DNA of 63,015 nt, filler included, from Cercozoa sp. M6MM (taxonomy: Eukaryota > Protista > Endomyxa: Ascetosporea), in NCBI GenBank assembly GCA_040357565.1. It is 10 parts of 10 records of this genome, joined end to end, with 100 filler letters (N's around TTAATTAATTAA, not from the genome) between each part and the next. Parts side by side here need not be neighbours in the genome. Positions count along the whole stretch, not along the records: positions 46,479 to 51,358 come from JBDODJ010001029.1; positions 51,459 to 55,994 come from JBDODJ010001115.1; positions 56,095 to 60,560 come from JBDODJ010001132.1; positions 60,661 to 61,715 come from JBDODJ010002200.1; positions 61,816 to 63,015 come from JBDODJ010002120.1; 5 more parts are not named here. One strand, given 5' to 3'. This document shows positions 49,687-61,944 of the stretch, piece after piece (the stretch's first letter is position 1; each line of letters begins with the position of its first letter). The position numbers and the translations under genes were made by a program. The notes beneath the pieces were generated by a model, which had not been told where the DNA came from, did not search any database, and saw nothing but the letters and a program-made list of their open reading frames with translations.

Positions 49687-51069
49687 ATGTCGTCATTGCG
49701 TAATTTCGTGACGGGCAGCGAATCTTGCGGGCCGAGTCAAGGTGCATTCGTTTTCGACGTTCGTGTTTGTGCGTTTTGATTGAATCGAGCGCTTTATGCT
49801 GTTGCACAGGCAATGCGGCTTCACGCTTTGCCTCGGCGGTGACGCAGCACGACTCTAGGGCGAGCCAGTATGCCAAGCACGGCGTGGCGCCTCCTCGGGG
49901 TAAAGCTTGAGTTGAGGTTTGCTTTGAGTTGAGTTGCTTCGAGTGGAATCCTGTTGCTTTGATAGTGTCTGCGTCGGTCGACATGGCAACGACAATGCGC
50001 GAGTTCTACGCTCCGGCTGAGCAAGCTGCCGTGGTGCCGGCGGTACTTTCGCTTGTCGCTCTCGCTTTGAGTTGAGTTGAGTTGCTTTGCTTTGCTTTGA
50101 GTTGAGTTGAGTTGAGTAGCTTTGCTTTGCTTTGCTTTGCTTTGAGTTGAGTTGAGTAGCTTTGCTTTGAGTTGAGTTGAGTTGAGTTGAGTTGAGTTGA
50201 GTTGAGTTGAGTTGAGTNNNNNNNNNNGTTGAGTTGAGTTGAGTTGAGTTGAGTTGAGTTGAGTTGAGTTGAGTAGCTTTGCTTTGCTTTAGCAAGAGAA
50301 AGCGAGGCCGCAGGTACCGCTGGTGCACGCGAGGCCGGTGCGAGTGCCGGCGCAGCAGCAGCAGCACAGTGCGACGGCACTGCAGTCGGAGTTTCTCCAG
50401 CGACGCCTCTTCGAACAGGCGTGGCAGCAGCCTGCTCCCAGTGTAGCCACGGCGACCTCTGCTTCGACCGTCTCGAGCAGTGCGCACAAGCAGTCGCTCG
50501 TGCCGATGCCTGCTGTGCCGATGCAGATGCCGATGCCTATGCCACACATGTCCCTCATGCCACAACAATACCGACAACAACAACAACAACAGCAACAACA
50601 ACAACTACAGTCCAACACACTGCGCACGCTCAGTCGACCGCGACGCAAACAAGAAACGCCGCAACAAGAAACGCCGCAACGAGAAACGCAAAAACAAGAA
50701 ACGCTGCAACGAGAAACGCAAAAACTAGAAACGCAACAACAAGAAACGCCGCAGCGAGAAAGCGAAAATCTTCACGTGTCGCAGGAGACGCTCGATGCAC
50801 TCAATTCCATTCAGGTAGAGTTTTACCCCCCCTACCTCCCCCTTAACCCCCCTGTCTCCCCCTTAACCCCCTGCCTCCCCCTTAACCCCCTGTCTCCCCC
50901 TTAACCAGTCCTACCTTCCCCTTAACCCCTCCCGTAGGACGAAAGGATAAGGCAGTCGCAGTTCGTGCGTTTCGTGAATGACCTGGGCGACGGTCGCAGC
51001 GAGGTGCGCGGCAACGAGTTGCTGCAGGGCCCGCATGCGCACCCGCCCGACCTCGTGCAGCAGCAGCAG
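49687..51069 (+). CDS. PEX5: Peroxisomal PTS1 receptor PEX5, N-terminal part
   Basis: MSSLRNFVTGSESCG (conserved Cys), FEQAW, and a PEX7-binding-like motif IRQSQFVRFVNDLGDGRSEV. The TPR domain lies beyond the gap. Confidence 0.8.
50067..50290 (+). repeat. Intronic (TTGAG)n/(TTTGC)n pentamer microsatellite
   Basis: Fills a PEX5 intron. The same repeat lies on the sense strand of introns at 60835-61000 and 61495-61600. Confidence 0.9.
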
Positions 51070-51308
51070 GTAGACCCCCTTCCCCCCTCCCTCCCCTCCC
51101 GTCTTTGTGCTTGCACACACATTAACTTTCTTTGTACACATTAACTTTGTACACGTTAACTTGTAAACATAACTTGATACTACCTTGTACTTGCTAACTT
51201 GTGCTTGCTAACTTGTACAGAGTAATTATACATTGTAAACACGCTAACTTATTCTACACAGTATCTTACAAACATTAACTTCGATATAGTGTACTAACTG
51301 ATTGATAG

Positions 51309-51358
<50 letters not shown>

Positions 51359-51595
51359 NNNNNNNNNNNNNNNNNNNNNNNNNNNNNNNNNNNNNNNNNN
51401 NNTTAATTAATTAANNNNNNNNNNNNNNNNNNNNNNNNNNNNNNNNNNNNNNNNNNNNCGAGCCTCACCAAGAATCAGTTTCAATTCTGCTGGCAGTGGC
51501 AGCAGTTATCGAGTGTACTATCGTAAGGCTCTACTGTAGGAACTCCGCCAATTTCCAACCTAAGTTTACGTGGAGAAAACGGTAGATAAACTTAT

Positions 51596-54578
51596 CTATA
51601 CCGAATAGCGAGTATGGATACGCAACGGACCAGTCGGTACGACCAAGCGAACGAACTGCGCCAGTCGTTTAGCGTAGGTGTTTGGTTGAACCGGATCTCC
51701 TCCAAACCAGCCCACCAGAGGTGACATGGCGCGATCTCCCTAAACGTGCAAAAGAAAACACTAATTTAGATTCTAACTTGCTAAATACTTTTACAGTACC
51801 ACGCCAGCAATCCAGAAGTAGTCGATGATGGCGACGCGGCAGACGCTCGGTTGCAGCATGGCGCGGACGTCTTGGCCAGTCTCAGTTTGCAGCGTGTTCA
51901 GACGCAGTGCGAACAACATCGAGTAGTCCATCTGCTCAAGACAGAAGCAATTTGCCAAGATTATAAGTCTGTAAAGCGGATAAAAGGAAGGGGCAAAGAG
52001 GTACTGTACCACCCCTTTACCGCGGAGGAATTGTCTGGAATATTAAAACCAGTACAGTAGAACACTTTACTGGCGTTAGGTCAGTGCAAGAGACAGGCTT
52101 ACAAGTCCTGTTGGAGGGCTTGGTCGTTTATGTGATGGTGGCGTGCTGGTCTCTGGTCAGGTTTCGGGAGCGCCAGGTGGCTTGGAAGCAGCGCCGTTTC
52201 GAACGACAGTGGTTGACGATCACGCTGTGAGAGCAACTGCACGAGCTCCTTCTCGCGCTGCATGAAGCGAAGCGGCGACTTCTGAGCCACGACCTAACCC
52301 AGGAAAATGACATTTTAAATGAAACCTAGCAGCCAAAGAGAAGGATAGCTTCAGTACAGGATTGCTGCTGAAGTGCGACACGCCTTTAACGTCGAAGATA
52401 GCACCCTGGCACGCTGGGTCCTGAATGATGGCACCCCATATGAAAGAAACCACACCCAGGTCAAGACAAAATTAGTAGTATTTTACATCCTCTCGGGGCG
52501 ACAAGACGTTAAGCATAATTGCTACGTACGTACTTTGCGTGCGGAGGTACATATAGCCTACCCGAGGATGGAACAGTTGCAGTCACATGTAAAGGGAAAT
52601 GCACTGGCAGAAAAGGAGCTGTAAAAACGTACTGAGCACCGGGGCGAAGAAGGTTTGTTTGCGGCGAACTGCTAGTGCCGCGGTGCCTTGTCCGCGAATT
52701 TCGACGAGGTGTTCCACATACGGCTGCAGAACCCGTGGTTCGAAGAAGCCCCGATCGCGTTTTTGTTTGACGGTTTTAACGACGTAGTGTTCCGTGAACA
52801 GGAACTGCTCTCCTCTGAAGAATGTTCACATTAGTTCACACATGAACAGTAAATTAATGCAATGACTCAAGTGGAGGAGAGTACGACTTCGAGGCGTCAC
52901 CGCCAGCGCGGAAGTCCTGATGGGCTGATCGCAGTTCCTGCGCGATCGTCTGTTTGTCCATTCTGTACGCTTGACGTATCGGTTCGAGCAATTCGTCGGC
53001 TTCTTGCGGTTTAGTAGGCGGAATTTCTGCGTTATCCGATATATCAGAGATGACACTCAGTTTGTTACGACTGCTAAACAACATACCGAGGTAGTCAATC
53101 ACCGCGGTCTTCAAAGTGCTTGACGGAGGGGGTGCAAAGGTCTCACTGACACTGCGAGACAGCGATGCATGCAAAGCCTGCCGTTGCTGCTCGATCTGGC
53201 TCCTGGCACATGCAAAGGCCCACGCCAGCACGGCGGACGGCAGTTGGTGCTCCTCTTTCGTGTAGTCGGCCAGTTCACTCTGACATAGGTGCACAAAGGT
53301 CGTGATGTCTGTCACTGCCATGTCTAGAGGAATCGTCAGTCGCTGCAGTCGAAGTGCTGGTTGCCCGCTTGGATTTTTCAGACTCCGCATCTCGCCCTGA
53401 TCGTTGATGAGGAACAGTCGGTTGTGCACAAAGGAATTTGAGGAGTCGACGCCTCGCATCATTCCGACTGCGTACTCAACTGACGCTGTCACTGGCTACA
53501 ACCAATGTGGCAGTCGGTACATTTGGAGACGCGGTATCAAGTTAACATATTGCCGGCCTAGGAGAAACAGTCAGTACCGTGAGAACACCGCTGTCGTTGA
53601 GTTGAAGAAGTGTGACCCAGCCCTGAGTGCCCTCGAACGTGTCCTTCATGGACCGAATGTTCTCGTCTGACAGCGTGAACAGGTTGTAGACGCGGTTTTC
53701 TGTCGCTCGTGCAGACTGCTGGAAGCATCCGAGCACCGCAACGCGCGTATTCCCTTGAGTCAAACCGAACAGCTCGCACTCAACAGGGTTGGCCTCTTCC
53801 TCGTTGCTGTGCTTGAGTACTGTCTGGGTCACTGCGTGCTGCAATGTCGCGATTCGTTGAGTTTCCGCCAACTGTGCGCGTGCAACATCATCTGCTGTTT
53901 GCTGCGGCAACGCTTCCTGGATTGCGAGGCTTTGCAAGCGGAGAGCAAAGGCGTAGGAGTCGCGCCTGCATAAATTTACGTAAATTTAAAGTGTGATACT
54001 TACTCACGGATGTCCACTACAGTACTTAATGTAGTTTACCGTTTGATGAGAGCCTTCATTGCGAGTTCGAACAAAGGGGCTTTGGGTGCCTGTAGTTCCG
54101 GACGAATGGAGCGAGGCAGATCGGCCAGCACTGCAGCAAGACACGGGTCCACAATGGACACGTGACTGGTGACACTCGACAATCCCTCGGCTCCTGCGGA
54201 AACAAGAGGGAATCCACGGACATGAGCGCTTATATTTCCAATCGTACCGAATCCAAGTGCGCGAACGTTCTCCACCGATGTGGAAGAGCCAACGACGCGC
54301 AACACATTTTCAACAATGTCGACATCGCGTAGTGCCGCGGGATCTGGCTCTGCTGTTGCCGCTGCTTCCGTTGACGATTCGGGGGCACGACGGGGAGGCA
54401 AGCGATTCGAGAGATCGCCGATCCGCGTGTTCAGAGCGTCATGAAGATGTTCCATAATTCCCAGAGCAGTGTTGGCCGAGTTTCGAGTGACGCGGCACTG
54501 ACTGTCACTCAGCCCGACCATGCGTGCCGCAGTCGCAATCACTCGGTGCTGCATTCGCATAATCAACCATACATCATG

Positions 54579-54626
<48 letters not shown>

Positions 54627-54636
54627 NNNNNNNNNN

Positions 54637-54712
<76 letters not shown>

Positions 54713-55886
54713 ACCACGAGAATGCCTCCGGTCAAGCCACAAGTGTCACGGCCAGGCAGTGCGAATGAAGGCAAACCCGCCACTAACTCACGACCAAAGT
54801 CAGCACTCGTTCGAACACTCGGCGGTTGCTGAATGCGAAGCGAAGGCAGAAGCGTGCAGGGTGGCAGTAGTTGCGCGCTTCCCTTGGTCTCTTCCATCAG
54901 CTGAGTGGTGGACTTCCCCACTGACCGCATCGCTTCAACCTTGACGGGCAGCATGCCCATCATGTAGGCCATTGACGATGCCGAGAAGAAGAAGTTGTCT
55001 GTCGAGTGACCTATAAGGCGTGTGCGACTGTCGGTCAGGTGACTGTGCAAAGAAGCACATCACACTCTGCTCAATTAATTTAGTTCAAGACCAAGAAGGA
55101 AGACCCACTGAATATCTGGCGACTTGGTGGGTTGGTTGAGTGCCTCGAATCTCGCTCGAACGTAACTTCGCATGTGATCTCGAAAGCTACACTGGGTGAC
55201 GGAAGGAACGATTGTCAGCTCTGAGCACAGAAAGTTCACATGACACCAGATACGAGACGGAATTCGAGTTGCCTTAAATTTAAACTGACCTCGTTGAAGA
55301 TGCTGCATTCCGGAGGCCACTGCTACCCCTGCGCGCGCAAAAGGCACCTGCGCAGGAGCTCGAAGACCTAGTTCCCACACTGCCGAATTGTACTGGCCCT
55401 CGTCAAAGTACAGTCCTGCGAGCAGCTGCGCGAATGAGGGGTTGGCGCGCTCGTCGTACTCTACAATCAGTTGGTTCAAAGCTCGTCACGGCGGAGGGCA
55501 CTGAGACACAGGCACTCAGAAACAGCGGGTCGCACCTAGCAAACGTTGCTCGCGGACTTCGAGTTCCTCTGGTATCGCTCCCAGCGCGGACCAAATTGCG
55601 TCATCGGGATTGTCGGAGAAGCGACGGGCGTTGACTCGTCGCAGCCAGTACGAGAAGGAGGCGTTGTAGGCAGCCTCGCCGAGTATCGCGCTGTAGCCGA
55701 CCTCTTTCCAGATAAAGTGGCGCACGCAGTCCACAGGTAGACCACTAAGGACGGCGACAGTGACAGCCTTGGCGTCCGGGAATGCGTTTAGGATGAATTC
55801 TCCAAACTTTGCCACCGCCAGGGGATCGAGACCGAACTCCTCAGGTTGCGGGCCTCGAATCTCGGGGGCAGCGTCCAGGCATTTTT
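51596..55886 (-). CDS. Large protein with a C-terminal phosphatidylinositol-phosphate kinase (PIP4K/PIP5K) domain, 5'-truncated
   Basis: ASK|RGEQFLFTEHYVVKTV...QPYVEHL, IMLNVL, FDVKG, MDYSML, AIIDY and PNTYAKRLAQF correspond in order to the PIPK motifs. Confidence 0.8.
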
Positions 55887-55926
55887 CTATTGCACAAGCA
55901 AAGATAAAAAGTCACACACACACACA

Positions 55927-55990
<64 letters not shown>

Positions 55991-56228
55991 CACANNNNNN
56001 NNNNNNNNNNNNNNNNNNNNNNNNNNNNNNNNNNNNNNTTAATTAATTAANNNNNNNNNNNNNNNNNNNNNNNNNNNNNNNNNNNNNNNNNNNNCCCCCC
56101 CCCTACCCTACCCCTTTATCCCCTACCCTACCCTACCCTGCCCTTTACCCTACCCTACCCTGCCCTTTACCCCTACCCTACCCTACCTCTTCGCCCCTAC
56201 CCTACCCCACCCTTAACTCCTTGGGCAG

Positions 56229-56886
56229 TACGAGGTGGGTCGCCAGTGGGCCGTGGTGTGTCAGGTGACAGTCGATAGTGCGGCACTGCGCGAGGACTTT
56301 GTGATCAGCGAGGAGGCACGCGAGGAACTGCTGCTGCAGGCGGCTTCCTCGGCCAGGTCGTCCTTCCACTTGGTATACCCCCTGCCCCCTTTACCTCTTA
56401 GCCCCTGCCCCTTATCCCTTACCTCCTACCCCTTATCCCTTACCCCCTGCCCTTATCCCTAACCTCCTACCCCATATCCCTTACCTTCTACCCCTATCCC
56501 TTACCTCCTACCCGTTATCCCTTACCCCCTACCCTCTCACCCTGCCCAGAAAGTACCGCCACAGCGTGTGTACAATGCCGAGTGGCAGTTCGAACTGGTG
56601 CGTGATGCCATTGGCAATCCAGCACGACAGGTCGATCTGCGTCAACTGCTCAACAGTGTGCCACTGGTCATTTTACCTCTACCTCCCCCCTCCTTGCCAC
56701 CTCATACCCCCTTCCGTACAGGACGAAACCAACACGATGGAGGTACTCACGGATGCCGCTGCTGACACGGAGGCCGCACGGCTGCAGCGACTCGGCGCCG
56801 GCGAGCTGCACTGGCGTGCCATGCGACGCACCATGCCGCTCGACTTCTGGCTGGCCGCACGTGATATCTTTGGCTTCGACATGTGA
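56229..56886 (+). CDS. 3' end of a hypothetical protein
   Basis: Three exons ending ...TMPLDFWLAARDIFGFDM*, separated by C-rich repeat introns. Confidence 0.5.
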
Positions 56887-57070
56887 CCTGACTCGACGCC
56901 TTGTTCGGACGCCTTCACTTCAGTTGTTTTCCGATCCGATCAGTGAATGCACTGGTCCGGCCGCGCTCTAAGTGATACTCATGTGTACAGCATACAACAC
57001 TTAGTTTAGAGCCAAGCGCAATCACGGAAATCTTTAGGGCATTCTACTGGAGCCCCAACACAATTATGAG

Positions 57071-57139
57071 GTAATTACGCTGAGTATTTTTAGCTCATTT
57101 AGCAATCTTAGCCGCTTTAGTTGTGCTCAGCGTAATTAC
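57071..57139. repeat. 14-bp perfect inverted repeat / hairpin between convergent genes
   Basis: GTAATTACGCTGAG (57071-57084) and CTCAGCGTAATTAC (57126-57139). Confidence 0.85.
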
Positions 57140-57222
57140 ACCAGGCATTATAGTGGCGCTAAGCCACTGTAGGCCAAAAACGATTGCATCTGTTTGAGAG
57201 AATTTAGCTGGGAGCCGAAGCC

Positions 57223-57539
57223 TCAGGGGTCTTGGGTGGCGGACTTCTTGTGATGGAGCTTTTTGTTCTTACGACCGCGGAACTGACGCTTCTTGCGTCG
57301 CTTCCGTTCGGGCTCGCTCTGTTCAGTGCTGCCGTTGGCATTCTCGTCGCTCTGGTGGTTGGAGTGCTTGTCGTCGGAGTGCTTGTCGTCGGAGTCCTTG
57401 TCGCCGCTCTTGGGACGTTGCTGCTGCCGACGCAGTCGCTTGCGATTCGCGCGTTCCTTGCGCTTGTGCTTCTCGCTGCGTAGGTGCGCGTCCAACGTGG
57501 CCTGTGCTTACAACACGCACACACACATCATTGACTGCC

Positions 57540-57632
<93 letters not shown>

Positions 57633-59242
57633 AGGGTCGGCACCTGCGAGTTGCACACGACCTTGGGCCGGCAGCTGTGGCACTCGAAGGTTTCGTTGGA
57701 GGCAGCGCTGCCGACACCAGCGTCGCCACCGACAGTCGCAGTCTCAGTTGCGTCCTGACCCGTGGTTTCGCGGTGCTTCCTTGACTGACCAGAAACTGAC
57801 TTGTACAGACACCAGAAAGTGATGTCACAACGAACAAGCAGGCACCTGTAGATGCATATCAAGTCGCTGCTGCGAGTCGAACTTGGCACTACACGGCTTG
57901 CACTGGAACTGCACAAGCACAACTGTCTTACGAGACACCACAGTACAGCTCAGGGCTACCATGCCAGGACGGAACTCTTGGCCCAGTGGTTTCAGTGCAT
58001 GTTTCGGCGTCTTCCACTCTGCCGAAGGGTGCGCAATGATGTACCTGTCCACATACAACAGCAGTCACAACACACGACACAGCCACACACGTAGACAAGG
58101 TCAACAAGTCAAGTCACAACGCACTCGAAAGCTTCGTCATTGGCAACAGCGCGACCTTTCGAAGCCGTCTGACGGTGTGCGTATCCCAGAAACAACTCGG
58201 CAGCGAAACGACGTCGGTTCTTGAGTGCCAAGGGAGACTACCGACGGACAAAACAACATGCGGACACAGCACCTTGCACTGGCAGGCTTTGCTGTCATGT
58301 GGTGCGTACGGCAGAGATCTGGTCGTGGATGCGCCACGAATTGTAGATCGGCAAGTTCTTGAGAGTCAGATGCAGCTCGCCTTGCGACGGATCCAGCAGC
58401 TTCCTGTGCAATCAGTTAGACCAGCAAGGTCACCCATTAGTCAGTCGGACGAGTCAACCCACTCATATCAGTCCAGCCAGTCCGAGCGGAAGCTTACGCG
58501 ACCGAGGCGAACGTGCAACGAAGCAAACTCGCGTTCTGTCGAATGTTTTCGGCGGCGTTAAAGTTCGACGTGCCTTTGTGCCAACACATAAGACACATCA
58601 CACTACTTACAACAGTAAGAAAGCACAGCAAGTGTACCAGTGTGCGGAAACAAAAAGAACACGCGATCAAAAATCACGTCAGTTTTGAGAGTCTCTTGGA
58701 CGCGCGTTGCGTCGACCTTGTGATGCACCGTACCGCCTGCTTGGAACAGCACAGTGTATTTCACAAAGTGGTCCCATACCAGGACAATGACAAACGTACC
58801 GACTTGCTCGATAACCGCGATGTGCTCAGTCACTCTCTCCTTGCCGTACTGTGAGTACACCGCACTAACTTCAGATACATAAAAACAATAAGTCTCCAAC
58901 AACAAGACACACCTTCTTTTGTGTTGTTTTAAGATCATCGAACGTTGAAACGACAAGTGCACCCGTTTCGGCACTGCCCACTGTGCCCGGGCATTGATAC
59001 ACTCAGACTACTGTAAATTAATTTTGTCGACACCTCCCATGCGGGCGAGCGCAGCACCAAAGCTCAGATCACCATCACCCAGCAACAGCACCTTCTACGC
59101 TAATTTTTGGCTTACTTTCATGCCAGACACAGCACGTACAAACACAAACCTGGGTGTTTGAAAGTTGCGCACGAGAAAGCGATGATTCCAGTGACGCCTT
59201 TAACGAAGCCACAAACTCATCAGTAAGATTGACAGCACTCAT
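57223..59242 (-). CDS. Bmt5/DUF2431-like rRNA uridine-N3 methyltransferase fused to two matrin-type C2H2 zinc fingers
   Basis: KVLLLGDGDLSF, VSTFD, HKVDATR, GELHLTLKNLPIYNSWRI and LFLGYAHRQT. Then FQCKPCSAKFDSQQRLDMHLQSRKH and FECHSC...NSQATLDAHLRSEKH, and a basic tail. Confidence 0.82.
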
Positions 59243-59453
59243 TTTGAGCACCAGTCTACGCACACACGGATGCTGTAGCTGAACCGCGTGTTCAAATATC
59301 GAGTTTAAAAAAAGATATTGGTGTAGCCAGCGTATGCAACAGACTGGGGTTCTGCAGCAAAAGCTAGTTTGGCAGACAGTCTGAGTGAGTGCGCTCTGTA
59401 GACAACCGTTCGAAGTTGGGAATTTGAAGCAAAGGAGCGACTGGTCAGACGTC

Positions 59454-60486
59454 ATGATCGGCCGTTCTACAAAGTCGTCCGTGCCCAGGTTTGTTTCAAG
59501 ACTTCGCCAACTGATGCGCGGTGTTTCGATGTGGGCCTTGCAGGTATCTCGCCGAGACATACTGGTGGGCTTACCTGCATGAGGACTCACCGACAGTGTT
59601 CGATCACCCAGCTGGTGAGATCATAAGCAATGATCAATAAAATCAGGATGATGTGTGTTTCTTTTTTTTCAGTGGTAAATACGATCCTGTGGGGTCAATA
59701 CGACAAACTGGTCGAGCGCACTCTGAAACACACCTCGGACGCCAGGAAACTACTGCAGGCGAGTTGTGCCTATGGTAGCACCTCTGTGTTGGTCTTTCGT
59801 TCTGCCTCAGTTCCGGTTGTGGCTTAGGAAATGTGTCGCCAAAACTGGCGCGGCAGGTGCAGCAAAACAAGGGACACTTTGACATGGTGGACGTCTCGCC
59901 GACACAGCTCGCCGTCGCGCAGCGCAAGTTGGCGCACCTTGATGTGTGTGCGCGCTACATTCTTCCCCCTTGCTCGCACCCTTTATCATCACCCTCCTGT
60001 AGAATGTGAGGATGCTGCAACACGACGTAACTCAGGACTGGCGGCATGCCTGCGAGGCAGGTACACTATGCTTTTTGAGGACGAGTGGTAGCAAGGAAAT
60101 AATACCATTAATAGGACTGAGCGAGGCCGGCAGCTACGACGCCTGCGTGCTTTTTTTCTTGCTTCACGAACTCCCGCGTGCTCAGAAAACGCAAGCACTC
60201 GAGCAGATGTAGGACTGTTGAGTTGTTATCCCCCCCCCATCTTTTTCATCTCCCTGGGTAGGCTGCAGACGGTGCGTCCTGACGGCGGCAAACTCATCTG
60301 CGTCGACTTTCATCCGCCTCATGTAATCTTGCCCCTGTCCGTGTTACCCTTCATCCCCTCCATGGCAGTGGTGGCACCCTCTGCGTCCGGTGGAAGCCGC
60401 CGTGTTCCACACACTCGAGCCGTTCGCCAACGACCTATGGCAGCACCCGATGGCTTCCTTCCTGCCGCATCATATCGATCCCAATG
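59454..60486 (+). CDS. rquA: Rhodoquinone biosynthesis protein RquA, 3'-truncated by a gap
   Basis: VPRYLAETYWWAYLH...VFDHPAVVNTILWGQY...LLQASCAYG...DVSPTQL...YDACVLFFLLHELP...VDFHPPHWWHPLRP...LEPFANDLW, with at least 8 GT-AG introns. Confidence 0.93.
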
Positions 60487-60512
60487 GTACCGGTGTCCAA
60501 GAAATCTACATT

Positions 60513-60560
<48 letters not shown>

Positions 60561-60745
60561 NNNNNNNNNNNNNNNNNNNNNNNNNNNNNNNNNNNNNNNN
60601 NNNNTTAATTAATTAANNNNNNNNNNNNNNNNNNNNNNNNNNNNNNNNNNNNNNNNNNNNTGGAGGGGGGTAAGAAGGGGGGTAAGAAGGGGGTAAGAAG
60701 GGGGGTAAGTAGGGGGGTAAGAAGGGGGGTAAGAAGAGGGCCTTA

Positions 60746-61697
60746 CGACGTCACTCGCAGCAGCAGCGACGCCGTTGTCGCCGCTGTTTTGTTTCGTCAG
60801 CGACAGCGCCGTCGTCAGCGGCATTCTGCCCATAGCAACTCAACTCAACTCAAAGCAACTCAACTCGAAGCAACTCAACTCAACTCAACTCAACTCAACT
60901 CAACTCAAAGCAACTCAACTCAAATCAAATCAACTCAACTCAACTCAACTCGAAGCAACTCAGCTCAACTCAACTCAACTTGAAAGCAAAAGCAAAAGCG
61001 TACGGTTCCGGGTCGAGGTCCTCGTAGAGCAGCACAGCCGCGCTGCTGTCGCTGTCCGCGCGGACGACGTCGTCGCCGGCGCCGTTGCCGCGTCGCTGGT
61101 GCCGTCGCTTTCGCTGCCGCCGCCGCCGCTGCTTTCGCGCGCGCCGACTCTCCTCGGCAGTTTCCTCTTCTCCTTCTTCTTCTTCTTCCTGCTCTTCTTG
61201 CTCTTGCTCTTGCTCTTGCTCTTGCTCTTGCTGCAGACACACTCAAAGCTTTTCACTCTTGAAGCTGCTCACTTTCACTTTGAAGCTTTCGCTTTCACTT
61301 CGAAGCTGTCGCTTCAAAGCTTTCATTTCGCTTCAAAGCTTTTCATTTCACTTCGAAGCTTTTCATTTCACTTCGAAGCTTTTCATTTCACTCGAAAAAG
61401 AACAAGAAAGCTACCGCATTTCGAGACTGCTCGAGCTTGGTTTCGTCACCGTTGCTGGTCTCGGGCAGCAGCAGGAAGGCCTTGCCGCACTGCGACTCAA
61501 CGCAACCTCAACTCAACTCAAAGCAACTCAACTCAACTCAAAGCAAAGCAACTCAACTCAAAGCAAAGCAACTCAACTCAACTCAACGCAAAGCGAAAAA
61601 GCTACGAAAGAGCAGGCGCGTTCGTAGGCACTTCGAAGCGTCGCTCCAGCAAAAACGGCGCGATACAAATGCCACAGGAACTTGGAGCCTTGCGCAC
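60746..61697 (-). CDS. Hypothetical protein fragment, possibly the C-terminal end of a CHAT-like domain plus an acidic/basic linker
   Basis: FLWHLYRAVFAGATLRSAYERAC|CGKAFLLLP followed by E/Q-rich and R-rich exons. Confidence 0.35.
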
Positions 61698-61944
61698 TGC
61701 CTGCTCAGACAAAGGNNNNNNNNNNNNNNNNNNNNNNNNNNNNNNNNNNNNNNNNNNNNTTAATTAATTAANNNNNNNNNNNNNNNNNNNNNNNNNNNNN
61801 NNNNNNNNNNNNNNNGGGGGGGGGGGGGGTAAAAGGGTAGGGGTAAAAGAGAGGGGGGGTAAAAGGGTAGGGGTAACAGAGAGGGGGGTAAAAGGGAAGG
61901 GGGTAAAAGGGAAGGGGGTAAAAGGGAAGGGGGGGTAAAAGTAC

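Noticed and set aside
15242-61771. Nine copies of TTAATTAATTAA flanked by N runs as a biological repeat or excision site
   Set aside because: It is an identical six-frame-stop spacer with fixed N padding, i.e. a contig-joining linker.
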